Virus record (IMG/VR): IMGVR_UViG_3300006802_000085
Location: 32,001-80,770 of that record
DNA: 48,770 nucleotides
Origin: a virus
Reading direction: 5' to 3' (one strand)
The position numbers and the translations under genes were made by a program. Shown here one piece after another: positions 35,147-44,427 of the stretch (position 1 is its first letter; the number at the start of each line of letters is the position of its first letter). The notes under the pieces are model-generated. The model did no database searches. It had not been told where the DNA came from and worked only from the letters and a program-made list of their open reading frames with translations.

Positions 35147-37059
35147 TCCGGGCAATCATCTTGCGCAACGCCGGGCCGTTCCGCGGCGACCACGTGGTGG
35201 AGCTAGGGCCGGTGGCGTACGCGCTCACGGGCAGGTACGACGCCGACCCGGGCCGAAGCAACTGGTCAGGGAAGTCTTTCTTGCTGGAGATGGTCGAGTA
35301 CGCGCTCACGGGCAAGACGGCGGCGAGCCGCGCCTTCGACGCCGACGGATGGATCACGCGTGGCGAGACCGCGGGCAGGGTCGAGCTGGTGCTGGAGGAC
35401 GGGGCGGCGATCGTGCGCGAGCGGCGACGGGGCAAGCCCACACAGTCGGCGTTCACGGGCGCGGCCGGCAAGGCGACGCAGGCCGAGGCCGACGCCGCCG
35501 TGCTCAATCACATCGGATTCAGCGCCGACGACTTCCGCAACGTCGCCTACTTCGAGCAGGGGATGATGACTCGGTTCGTCCGCACCGAGCCCTCGCACCG
35601 GATGGAGATCGTGCGCGGGTGGTTCGGGATGGAGACGGCGGAGCAGGCGGTGGCGGTGGCGTCCGCGCGCGTCCGCGTCATCGTCGACGAGCTGGAGCCG
35701 TTGCGGGCTCGGCGCACCGCCATCGTGGGCATGCTGGAGGACGTGCCGGCGCTTGCCACGGAGCCGCTGGTCGCGGCGCGGGACGCGCTCGCGCAGAAGC
35801 TTGCGTACGAGCGCGAGCGGGCCGGCGAGGCCGAGGCCGTGGCGGCGGCCGAGGCCGCGATCGCCGAGTACAACGGCGTCGTGCGCGCGGGCAAGCAAGC
35901 GACGGCGACGCTTGCTGGCTTGCCCGACGGCGTGGACGCTGCTGCCGCGAGCGCGCGCGAGGCGTCGATACAGGCGATGGCCGCCGCCGCGCTCGCGCGC
36001 CGCGAGGTTGGCGAGCGCGCACGCGTCGCCCGCGGCGAGTTCGATGGCCGGTGCCCGGTCGCCGACATCGAGTGCCCGGCGCGAGCGCGCATCAACGCCG
36101 ACCGAAGCGGCGCCGCGTCGGTGCTTGCCCGTGCCCGCGAGAAGCACGGCGCGCTCGCGAACAAGGCGGCGGCGGCGGCGGAGGCGGCCGAGGAGTTGGC
36201 GGCGCTAGCGGGGGCGAAGCGCGACGCCGAGCACACGGTGGAGCGGCTACGCGCGAGTGCGCGCGAGATGTTGCCCAAGGTGAAGGCGGCGCAGGCGTTG
36301 CTCAAGCACCAACCCCAAGCACCCGCGCTAGACGCGCTCGCGCTCGCGTCGCTGGAGGAAGAGCATGCGCGCGCGGTGCGGGCGGTGGCCGACGCGGAGG
36401 CGGCGCGCGACCACCGCGCGCGGTTGGAGTCGAAGCTGCTCAAGCTGAACGAACGCGTGCGCTGGTGCGAGTCGGAGATGATGGCGGCGGCTGCGGCCGC
36501 GTCCGTGTTCCGCGCCGCGCAGCGACGCATCGGCGAGCGCGCCCTCGCCGGCATCGTCGACGCCGCGAACGCGACCATGGCCGGGTCCGGGATCGACCTG
36601 TCGGTGGCGGCGCGCTGGGAGCGGTCGGGCAAGTCTGCGGCGCGCGCGTGCGAGGTGTGCGGCCGCGCGTTCCCGGCCACGCTCCGGGTCAGGGAGTGCG
36701 CGTGCTGCGGCGCGGAGCGCGGCGCCGCCGTCGTGCGCCGGCTCGACTTCGAGCTGTCGGACCGGAGCGGGGCCGCGGACGGGATCGCGGGCGTGGCGCT
36801 GCAGCTCGCGGCCGGGGCGTGGCTGCTCCGCAAGCGGCAGTCGCCGTGGGCGACGGCGATGCTGGACGAACCCCTGGCCGCGTGCGACCGTACCAACAGG
36901 CGCGCGCTCGCGGGGCAGCTGGTGCGGCTCTTGGGCGCGGGCACGTGGAGGCAAGCGATCGTGGTCAGTCACTCGAACGATGTCGTCGACATGTACCCGG
37001 GCCGCATCGAGGTCGTGGTCGGTCGCGACGGCGCGCGCGCGATCCGGGTGACGGCGTGA
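35143..37059 (+). CDS. SbcC/Rad50-like SMC ATPase
   Basis: LRNAGPF, SNWSGKS Walker A, YFEQG Q-loop, coiled coil with CPV hook, RSGAA signature, MLDEP Walker B, VSH. Confidence 0.9.
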   Translation: MIRAIILRNAGPFRGDHVVELGPVAYALTGRYDADPGRSNWSGKSFLLEMVEYALTGKTAASRAFDADGWITRGETAGRVELVLEDGAAIVRERRRGKPTQSAFTGAAGKATQAEADAAVLNHIGFSADDFRNVAYFEQGMMTRFVRTEPSHRMEIVRGWFGMETAEQAVAVASARVRVIVDELEPLRARRTAIVGMLEDVPALATEPLVAARDALAQKLAYERERAGEAEAVAAAEAAIAEYNGVVRAGKQATATLAGLPDGVDAAAASAREASIQAMAAAALARREVGERARVARGEFDGRCPVADIECPARARINADRSGAASVLARAREKHGALANKAAAAAEAAEELAALAGAKRDAEHTVERLRASAREMLPKVKAAQALLKHQPQAPALDALALASLEEEHARAVRAVADAEAARDHRARLESKLLKLNERVRWCESEMMAAAAAASVFRAAQRRIGERALAGIVDAANATMAGSGIDLSVAARWERSGKSAARACEVCGRAFPATLRVRECACCGAERGAAVVRRLDFELSDRSGAADGIAGVALQLAAGAWLLRKRQSPWATAMLDEPLAACDRTNRRALAGQLVRLLGAGTWRQAIVVSHSNDVVDMYPGRIEVVVGRDGARAIRVTA

Positions 37060-37580
37060 GCCGGCGCGTCGTGGTCGGGCTCGACCTGTCGCTGCGCGCG
37101 GCGGCGGCGGCGCGGGTGACGTTGCCGTGGGACGGTGACCTGGAGGACGTGATCACGCGCGTGGTCGGTCAGGACCTGAGCGCGGGCTCGGAGCCGGAGG
37201 CGTACGCGCGCCGGCTCGATCTCATCGCCACCGCCATCGCCGACTTCTGCGAGGGCGCCGACGCCGTCTACGTCGAGGAGTACGCGTTCTCGTCGATGAG
37301 CAAACGCGCGCACTCGCTCGGTGAGGTCGGGGGCGTGGTGAAGTTGGAGCTGTTCCGGCGCAGCGGCCGATCGCCCACGCCTGTGACGGCGTCGACCGCG
37401 CGCAAGACCATGTTGCAGAAGCTGCCGCGCGCGGGCGTGAAGCCGTTCACGATGCGCAACGTGCGCCGGCTCGGACCGCCGGCGAACAAGTGGACCGAGG
37501 ATCAGATCGACGCCTTCGTGACGATGAACCACGGTGTCATGCTAGAGGGCGGTGTGGCCCTCACGTTTTTGGGGGAGTAG
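37056..37580 (+). CDS. RuvC-like Holliday junction resolvase
   Basis: VVGLDLSL, VYVEEYAF, LGEVGGVVK, DQIDA. Confidence 0.8.
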   Translation: MSRRVVVGLDLSLRAAAAARVTLPWDGDLEDVITRVVGQDLSAGSEPEAYARRLDLIATAIADFCEGADAVYVEEYAFSSMSKRAHSLGEVGGVVKLELFRRSGRSPTPVTASTARKTMLQKLPRAGVKPFTMRNVRRLGPPANKWTEDQIDAFVTMNHGVMLEGGVALTFLGE

Positions 37581-37584
37581 GAGG

Positions 37585-38310
37585 ATGGTGAACGTGCACG
37601 ACGACGAGGATGGGGCGATCATTCACAAGCCGACGATGGTGAGCGCGGCAGCGCTCGCGCCCGCGGCGTACAACCCGAACAAGATGCGCCCGGAGGAATA
37701 CGAGGCGCTCAAGGAGAGCATTCGCGAGCACGGGTTCGCGGAGTCGGTGACGGTGCAGAAGACGGGGATGCGGATCATCGCCGGTCACCACCGGGTCCGC
37801 GCGGTCAGGGAGATCGCGATCGAGAGCGGCGCCGCCATCCCCGAGATCCCGTGCATCGTCCTCGACGTGGACGACGCCGCGGCCAAGCGTCTCAACCTCA
37901 AGCTGCAACACATCCACGGCTCGCCCGATGCGCACATGATCGGCGAGCTACTGCTCGACATCCACCGCGAGCACGCGTTCGACCCCGACGAGTCGCTGCG
38001 CTACGGGTTCGCGCTCGACGACGTCATGAAGTACATGCGTGTGATCGAGCCCGACCTCGGGCAGATCGTGGACGCGGGCGCGCGCGACCCCGTGCCGTCC
38101 TTCGGGCGCAGCCCGACGCTGGCTCTGGAGTTCGAGACCGAGGCCGGGCGCGATGCGGTCAAGAAACTCCTCGCCGAGCGCACCGACGTCGAGAAGAAGA
38201 AGAGCGGGGACGTCGTCGCTTTCGCGCTTGGTCTTGGTGTGAAGCGTAAGCCGGCGGCTACTACCAAGCCGATTCCCGGTTCAAACAAGAAGAAGCGCGC
38301 AAGACGGTAA
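37585..38310 (+). CDS. ParB/Srx N-terminal domain protein with basic tail
   Basis: LAPAAYNPN, LKESIREHGF, IIAGHHRVRA. Confidence 0.85.
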   Translation: MVNVHDDEDGAIIHKPTMVSAAALAPAAYNPNKMRPEEYEALKESIREHGFAESVTVQKTGMRIIAGHHRVRAVREIAIESGAAIPEIPCIVLDVDDAAAKRLNLKLQHIHGSPDAHMIGELLLDIHREHAFDPDESLRYGFALDDVMKYMRVIEPDLGQIVDAGARDPVPSFGRSPTLALEFETEAGRDAVKKLLAERTDVEKKKSGDVVAFALGLGVKRKPAATTKPIPGSNKKKRARR

Positions 38311-38314
38311 CGTG

Positions 38315-39664
38315 ATGGGCAAGAGCTGGGACATCATGCACGGCGACGTGCGGCGCGTGTGCAAGACGCAGTTGGAGGCGGAGAGCTTTGACGCATGCTT
38401 GTGCGATCCTCCCTACGGTCTTTCGTTCATGGGCAGGGCGTGGGATTACCAGGTTCCAAACGCGATGCTATGGGCAGAGGTGTTGCGCGTACTTCGTCCC
38501 GGCGCGCACGCGATGATCTTTGGCGGTTCGCGCACGTTTCATCGAGTGGCGTGCGCGGTTGAGGACGGGGGCTTTGAGCTACGCGATTGTCTGATGTGGA
38601 TGTACGGGTCGGGGTTTCCGAAGTCGCTCGACGTGAGCAAGGCGATCGATAAGGCTGTGGGTGCGGCGCGGAAGGTAGTGGGACAAAAGCACGTGACCAA
38701 CGCGGCGCAGGGCAAGGGTCTAGGTCACGGCAACCTGATCGGCGGCAAGGTTCGGGCGGGGTTCATCGACATCACAGCGCCCGCTACCGACGCCGCACGC
38801 GTGTGGCAAGGCTACGGCACCGCGCTCAAGCCAGCACACGAGCCCATCGTGCTCGCGCGCAAGTCACTCGACGGCACCGTCGCAGAGAACGTGCAACGGT
38901 GGGGGTGCGGCGCGCTGGCGATTGATGCGTGCCGTATCGAAAAACAGCCCGGGGACACGAGCGGTTGGTCCTCGTCAGGTAGCAAGGCCAGTGAGAATAT
39001 TGCGATGTCCGGCGCGAACTACGCGCGCGACCCGAAGCCAGACGCGGTCGGCCGCTGGCCCGCGAACGTCATCTTAGACGCGGAGGCCGCCGCGGCGCTC
39101 GACGCGCAGACGGGGGACCGGCCGAGCACGTTGTTCGGACGCGCGGACCCACTCACATCCCACACGCACCCGGCCAGTCCAGACCGAACGCGCGGTTCCA
39201 TGTTCGGAAACAAGCGGGCGGGTGGCGGCGTCTACGCAGACAGCGGTGGCGCTTCCCGTTTCTTCTACACGGCTAAGGCCGATGCGTTCCAACGTGAAGC
39301 GGGATGCGATGAGCTTGCGCCCGCCGTCGCGAAGGGCACCGACACCCTTCGCGACGGCGGGCGCGGGAAAGCCACGCGAGCCAACACACACCCGACGGTC
39401 AAGCCCATCGATCTAATCCGCTACCTCGCGACACTCATTCTCCCACCACCGAATCCGAATCGGCCGCGCAGGATCTTGGTCCCGTTCTCGGGGTCGGGGT
39501 CGGAGATGATCGGGTGCCTGCAAGCGGGATGGGATGAGGTCGTGGGCATTGAACGGGAAGCTGAGTACATCACGATCGCGAGGGCGCGCATCACTCGCGG
39601 CGGTGTGCTCTCGCGACTCGATCGCAAGAAGAAGGCGGTCCCGACGCGCCGGCGCAAGCCATAG
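38315..39664 (+). CDS. Beta-class N4-C/N6-A DNA methyltransferase
   Basis: DPPYG precedes HPTVKP and VPFSGSGS; ALKPAHEPI; GRWPAN. Confidence 0.9.
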   Translation: MGKSWDIMHGDVRRVCKTQLEAESFDACLCDPPYGLSFMGRAWDYQVPNAMLWAEVLRVLRPGAHAMIFGGSRTFHRVACAVEDGGFELRDCLMWMYGSGFPKSLDVSKAIDKAVGAARKVVGQKHVTNAAQGKGLGHGNLIGGKVRAGFIDITAPATDAARVWQGYGTALKPAHEPIVLARKSLDGTVAENVQRWGCGALAIDACRIEKQPGDTSGWSSSGSKASENIAMSGANYARDPKPDAVGRWPANVILDAEAAAALDAQTGDRPSTLFGRADPLTSHTHPASPDRTRGSMFGNKRAGGGVYADSGGASRFFYTAKADAFQREAGCDELAPAVAKGTDTLRDGGRGKATRANTHPTVKPIDLIRYLATLILPPPNPNRPRRILVPFSGSGSEMIGCLQAGWDEVVGIEREAEYITIARARITRGGVLSRLDRKKKAVPTRRRKP

Positions 39665-39677
39665 CTGGGCAGGCGTA

Positions 39678-39716
39678 AAGAAAAGTGTTGCGCGTCGGCG
39701 CGCGATGCTTTATCGT
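39678..39716 (+). promoter_or_regulatory. Class I promoter 6
   Basis: TTGCGC(39688)-N17-TATCGT; leader hairpin GGGGCGGC/GTCGCCCC then SD AGGAGG. Confidence 0.75.
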
Positions 39717-39762
39717 ATCTCTAGTGGGGCGGCACTGAGTCGCCCCCGGTAGGAGGTGCGAG

Positions 39763-40053
39763 ATGGGGATCGAGATCAACGAGAGCCGGTACGGTAACCC
39801 GCAGCCCGTGTACGCGCTCAACCGTGACTGGGTGCGGTCGGCCCACCACCGCGAGGTCGCGGCGGCGGTCTACGACCTCGCCGCGCGCATCGAGCGACGG
39901 ACCCCCACCGGGGCAAGCTGGGTGGTCGTGCCCGACGTCCACCGCGCCCTCGTGCGCATCGAGTTGAGCGAGGGCGGCGATTCCAAGACCGAGCAGGACG
40001 CGGCGATGGCGACCCTCCGCGCCGTGGCGTGGGCAACATTGGCGTCGACGTAG
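39763..40053 (+). CDS. Small hypothetical early protein
   Basis: SD AGGAGGT. Confidence 0.6.
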   Translation: MGIEINESRYGNPQPVYALNRDWVRSAHHREVAAAVYDLAARIERRTPTGASWVVVPDVHRALVRIELSEGGDSKTEQDAAMATLRAVAWATLAST

Positions 40054-40112
40054 GCGTCACGGGGCGTCGAGTACGTGCAGGGACAGCGGCGAGAAGAGGA
40101 AGGGGTGACGCG

Positions 40113-40373
40113 ATGACGAGGCAGGAAGCGAATGCGATCTTGTGCGCGATCTTGTGCGCGGCCGATTCGACGCCGGGCGGCGCGCCCGAGGGCGTCATGT
40201 ACGCGGCGCTGATGAACCGGTGTGATCTCCCCACGTTCCGCGCGGTGCTCGACATCGCGCGCGGCGCCGGGCTGGTGACGAGCAGCGGCTTCGTTGTGCG
40301 CACCACGCCCAAGGGGCACGACATGGTGCAGTCGATCGAGGCCGCGATGCGGAAGGCTGGGGCGGCGCTGTGA
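40113..40373 (+). CDS. Small winged-helix-like protein
   Basis: GLV...VRTTPKG pattern. Confidence 0.55.
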   Translation: MTRQEANAILCAILCAADSTPGGAPEGVMYAALMNRCDLPTFRAVLDIARGAGLVTSSGFVVRTTPKGHDMVQSIEAAMRKAGAAL

Positions 40374-40540
40374 ACGCCGCCGGCAAGGTGGACGTGGACC
40401 GCGTGAAGGTGCCGTGCCTCGGGCTGCGCGTGGTGCGCGAGCGCACGCTCACGCTGCCGGCGCGCAAGGCGGCGGACGCGCAGATCGCCGCCGAGAAGAA
40501 GGCCGCGCGCAAGGCCGCGCGCAAGGGGGTGTCGCGGTGA
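40370..40540 (+). CDS. Small basic hypothetical protein
   Basis: GTGA-coupled at both ends; below the ORF-track cutoff. Confidence 0.45.
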   Translation: MNAAGKVDVDRVKVPCLGLRVVRERTLTLPARKAADAQIAAEKKAARKAARKGVSR

Positions 40541-40797
40541 GCGCTTATACGATCATCCGCCCCGACGTCGCCACGCGCGCGCATGCGTGCGCCCGCGGCG
40601 TCTACCAGGCCGCGCTGTTGCGTGGCGAGGAAGCATGGAGCGGCTCCACGCTCAGGGGCAAGGCCGCGCGCTACAGCGCGCGCTACAAGGCGTCACGCGA
40701 GGCGCTGCTCGCCCGGCTGCGCGAGGCCGGCATCACGGTCGACGTCGAGCGCACGCGCCCGCACGGGCGCATCGTTGTCACGATCGGGGCGTCGTGA
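40537..40797 (+). CDS. Small hypothetical protein
   Basis: GTGA coupling. Confidence 0.55.
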   Translation: MSAYTIIRPDVATRAHACARGVYQAALLRGEEAWSGSTLRGKAARYSARYKASREALLARLREAGITVDVERTRPHGRIVVTIGAS

Positions 40798-40991
40798 GGA
40801 CGCACACCCGCAACACCATCCCCGCGCTCGTCGTCGGTCGAGCGGGGGCTCGCGTCTTCGGCAGCATCGCCGAGGCCAGGCGACACGCGGCCGCGACCGA
40901 GGGCGCGACCGTGTACGTGCCCGCGCACGCGCACGAGCCCGGCGCGATCACGGTCGACGGCGAGACGTGGCGACCCGAGGCGTGGGCGTGA
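40794..40991 (+). CDS. Small hypothetical protein
   Basis: GTGA coupling. Confidence 0.5.
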   Translation: MRTHTRNTIPALVVGRAGARVFGSIAEARRHAAATEGATVYVPAHAHEPGAITVDGETWRPEAWA

Positions 40992-41392
40992 GCGCGCTCT
41001 CCCATGACGTGCCGTCCCGCCCCTGCACCGGGTGCTGGGGGCGCGGTTGCTACGCGCAGCGGGGCCGTGGTGGGCCTCGCCGCCCCTACGACCCCCGCAC
41101 CTTCGACCAGGGTGCGGGCGACGTCTACGAGGCGTCCTGCGCCGACTGCCGGGGGTTGGGGCGGGTGTTCATCAGCGCCGAGGAGGCGGCGGCAGACGCG
41201 CGGCGCGAGGCCGATGGCGCGCGCGCGAGCTACCGCGGGTATCGGTGGGAGATCTGCAACGAGTACGGCATCGGGCGCGAGGAGTTCGACTCGTTCGCCG
41301 CGCGGCGGCTCGGGCGCGACCGCTCGCCCCGGGCGTGGGTCGCTGCCGCGCGCGCCGTCGCCGCGTTTTTCTGGGGCCTCGAAAAAAAGTGA
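40988..41392 (+). CDS. Hypothetical protein with DnaJ-like CxxCxGxG repeats
   Basis: CTGCWGRG, CADCRGLG; shares a domain with 20507-21244. Confidence 0.6.
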   Translation: MSALSHDVPSRPCTGCWGRGCYAQRGRGGPRRPYDPRTFDQGAGDVYEASCADCRGLGRVFISAEEAAADARREADGARASYRGYRWEICNEYGIGREEFDSFAARRLGRDRSPRAWVAAARAVAAFFWGLEKK

Positions 41393-41441
41393 GGGGTCGG
41401 GCAGAAAAAGTGTTGCGCGTCGGCGCGCAATAGTTCATTGT
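41363..41441 (+). promoter_or_regulatory. Class I promoter 7
   Basis: TTGCGC(41413)-N17-CATTGT; perfect TTGCGCG-TCGG-CGCGCAA inverted repeat. Confidence 0.75.
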
Positions 41442-41489
41442 TGACTTGTCGGACGGGATGACCCGGACGCGAAAAGGAGCAAGCAGACC

Positions 41490-41765
41490 ATGAGCATCCC
41501 CGCCTTCGCCACCGTGTCCGCCACCGCGTCGGTCGTCCCCGTCGCTAAGTTCCGCGATGCGGTCGAGCACGTCGAGCGCCTGCTCACCGTCGACCGCCAC
41601 GCGTGCGTGACCGCGGGCGAGGTCGCGCAGTGGCGTGACCGCCTGCGCGCCGCCGGCGCCGATCTCATCGCCACCACGTGCAAGCGCGCGCTCATGTCGG
41701 ACTGGGAACGCCGCGAGCGCGCCATCGACCGGTCGGCGAGCGTGCTCGCGGCGGTGGCGTCGTGA
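41490..41765 (+). CDS. Small hypothetical protein
   Basis: SD AAGGAG. Confidence 0.6.
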   Translation: MSIPAFATVSATASVVPVAKFRDAVEHVERLLTVDRHACVTAGEVAQWRDRLRAAGADLIATTCKRALMSDWERRERAIDRSASVLAAVAS

Positions 41766-41823
41766 GCGGCGCCGGCGCCAACCACACCACCACCATGCCC
41801 TCGGGCCGCGTTTGCGGGCGCCT

Positions 41824-41884
41824 GAAAAAAAAGTAGGGGTCGGGGCGAAAAAGTGTTGCGCGCCGGCGCGCGGTGGTTCATTGT
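41824..41884 (+). promoter_or_regulatory. Class I promoter 8
   Basis: TTGCGC(41856)-N17-CATTGT; leader hairpin GTCGGCG/CGCCGAC. Confidence 0.75.
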
Positions 41885-41928
41885 TGTTTTGTCGGCGGCG
41901 GTCGCCGACGGAAACGGAGAAAGTCGCC

Positions 41929-42291
41929 ATGAACCTCGCCCCGAACTTCTGCCCGGTCAGCCTCCAGGACGCCTACCACTACGCGCTCTGCGCCGCCGGC
42001 AGCTCGGACAGCGTGTTTAGCTGCCCGAAGGGCGGCCGCGACCGCGAGCACGGCTGGACGCGCCGCGAGTTCATGACGCAGGCGCACGCGATCCTCGTCT
42101 CGCTCCGCATCGAGCTGGCGAAGCCGCGGACGCTCGCCGGCGCCGAGGACTTCGCGAAGGCCATCCGCGAGCTGGCGGCGGCGAACGGCGTGAACGCCTT
42201 CCAGGGCCGCTACGCCTGCAAGGCCTGCGGCTCCTGCGAGCACCCGAGCGAGGACCACGCCTACGCCGTGGGCGCCAAGGTGGTGTCGTGA
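41929..42291 (+). CDS. Small hypothetical protein (CKAC...H motif)
   Basis: SD GGAG; strong GC3 bias. Confidence 0.6.
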   Translation: MNLAPNFCPVSLQDAYHYALCAAGSSDSVFSCPKGGRDREHGWTRREFMTQAHAILVSLRIELAKPRTLAGAEDFAKAIRELAAANGVNAFQGRYACKACGSCEHPSEDHAYAVGAKVVS

Positions 42292-42686
42292 TGGGCGCCG
42301 GCGACCGCTACGTCGAGGTTCCCGCCGAGGCGCTGTTCGCGTTCCTGGAGTCGAAGGGGTTCGAGCGCACGTGCCCGCGCCGTGAGGTCGTGTACCGGCG
42401 CGCGCACGCCTCCGACCCCCGCTACGTCGTGCTCGTGTACACGAGCGTGCGCGAGGGCGCGGCGCGAGCGCGGGCGCGGGGTGCGGACGCGATCCGGGTC
42501 TGCGCCGTCTACGAGCCCGGCGGTGGCGCGCCGGGGCGCGGCGTGTGCAAGCTCCCGAAGGTGCTCCGCACCGGGAGCGTGGATGCGGTGATGGGGCGCG
42601 TGCTCGACCGCATGCGCGACGCTTACGCGTCCTGCACCGATCGCATCCGACGCGACCGCGCGACACGCGCGCGTCTACCCGGGTAA
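42288..42686 (+). CDS. Hypothetical protein ending RLPG* in the palindrome
   Basis: GTGA coupling; VLVYTSV...GADAIRV. Confidence 0.6.
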   Translation: MMGAGDRYVEVPAEALFAFLESKGFERTCPRREVVYRRAHASDPRYVVLVYTSVREGAARARARGADAIRVCAVYEPGGGAPGRGVCKLPKVLRTGSVDAVMGRVLDRMRDAYASCTDRIRRDRATRARLPG

Positions 42687-42688
42687 AC
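42673..42688. repeat. Palindrome copy 8
   Basis: Read directly. Confidence 0.95.
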
Positions 42689-42716
42689 GTGACGAGGAGA
42701 AAGAGGAAGGCGAACG

Positions 42717-43986
42717 ATGGAGACGAAGCAGCAGCGGTACCGGATGGACACGCTCACGCCCGGGCAGAAGTTCACGTGCGCGAGCGGGAACATGTACACC
42801 TACGTCCGACGCGATGGTGCGCTTAGCGGTGTCCACCACGTGCGGAGCGCGAGCGGCCGCGATACCATGTTCGCGGGGTGCGCCGAGGTAACGCTGGGGT
42901 GGGAGTCGTGAAGCCGTACGTGGTCCTCCTCCGCGCCGACGACGGCACCACCATTGCCCGACACGTACGCGCGCGCGACGACGGGCACGCACGCGAGCAG
43001 GGGGCGGTGATCGCTGGCGCGCTCGCGCGCGTGCCCCTCAGCGACGTCGAGCGCGCCGTGCTCGGCGCGCCCGCGGGCACGACGTGGACGCGCGGGGTGG
43101 AAGTGTGGATGGTGATGGAGGTGGTGACACCATGAACCGACTCAGCAAGGGAGTGCTCCGTTACGGGCCGCTGATGGTCGAGCCGCGTCTCGACGGTGGC
43201 TACTGCGAATGGCGGGCGTGGTTCGGGTGGCGCCGGGCCGCTGCGTCGCCCGTCGGTCGCGGCTCGACGTCCGACGAGGCGGTCAAGGACTTGTTGGACC
43301 GTTGTGACCGCCGGGACGAATGGTCATGACCCGCCACGACTACGCGGTCGTGATCGAGGGGGCGTACGGCACCGAGACCGTCGCCACCTACGACAACCTC
43401 GTCGACGCGGAGTGGCATGCGGACGCGGTCCCGAAGTCGCGGGTGTGGCGGCTCTCGGATGAGACGTGGCCCGGGCACCCCCAGGGCGCCCTGTACGCGG
43501 CGATCAGGGGTACGGCGTGGGTTCGCCCCCGGGAAAAGATTCGACGCCGTACGAGGGCGCTCAGGCGCCGCATCGTGGGGTGGACGCGGTTGGTCCCGGT
43601 CTACGCCGGGAACCTCTGGTGGCGACTGGAGACGCGGGAGAAGCGGGAGTGCTTCCCCGGGGAGGTGGTCGTGGGCATCGAGTTCGGGGGGCGGATTCGG
43701 TGGGGCAGAACGGGATAGAGCGAAGGAGGGTGTGACGATGGTGATGACGGACGGACAGCGGAAAAAGATCGCGGAGGTGTTCACGCACATCGGCGCGGGC
43801 GCGCGGGCGGGCAAACGGCTCATCGACGCGGGGGCGACGTCGCAGGAGGTGCTCGACCATCTCCGCGCGTTGGAGGAGCTAGTGAGCGGGGTGAGGCTCG
43901 TGGTCGACGACGCCATCGGCGCCGCGGCGGTGCTCGGCCACGTGCAGCGGGCGAAGACGCTCACGCGACCGAGGACGCCACGCTGA
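42717..43986 (+). CDS. Run of five small hypothetical genes: 42717-42911, 42908-43135, 43132-43329, 43326-43718, 43738-43986
   Basis: Stop/start overlaps (GTGA/ATGA) and SD-like purine tracts. Confidence 0.5.
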
Positions 43987-43992
43987 CGCCCG

Positions 43993-44005
43993 CGCGCCAT
44001 AACCC
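43993..44005 (+). promoter_or_regulatory. Class II promoter element, leaderless start at 44012
   Basis: CGCGCCATAACCC; 8 nt to ATG. Confidence 0.7.
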
Positions 44006-44011
44006 TCGGGC

Positions 44012-44179
44012 ATGAACGGCGACATCGCGAGCAGGCGCAGGTTCCGGGCTCGGGACCTCGACGGGGTGGTGGTGGGCGTGAGCGCGGCGGGGCTGCTCGC
44101 GGTGTGGTTTTTCTTGGCGCGGCACGCCGACGTCCGAGCCTACGTGCGCGTTGTCGAGGACAAGGAGGATGCACGATGA
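44012..44179 (+). CDS. 55-aa protein with one hydrophobic segment
   Basis: Starts at a class II element; GVVVGVSAAGLLAVWFFLA; ATGA coupling. Confidence 0.5.
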   Translation: MNGDIASRRRFRARDLDGVVVGVSAAGLLAVWFFLARHADVRAYVRVVEDKEDAR

Positions 44180-44427
44180 TGGCCGATGATCCGAAGCAAC
44201 CGCCACCGAAGAAGATCGTGTGGCGGCAGATCGTGAAGGTGTCCGTGGACGACGACGGCGGTGCCGTGGTCACCGACAAGCGCGGCGCCGTGGTCGCGCT
44301 CACCGGCGCGGCGTCGAAGCGGTTCGCGCGAGGCGAACGGCGCACCGGTTACTTCCGCGCGGAGCAGAGCGCCGACGGCATCCTGGAGATCGGCGACCGT
44401 GTGCCCGACCCCGAGGTGGAGTGGTGA
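44176..44427 (+). CDS. Small hypothetical protein
   Basis: SD AAGGAGG. Confidence 0.6.
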   Translation: MMADDPKQPPPKKIVWRQIVKVSVDDDGGAVVTDKRGAVVALTGAASKRFARGERRTGYFRAEQSADGILEIGDRVPDPEVEW

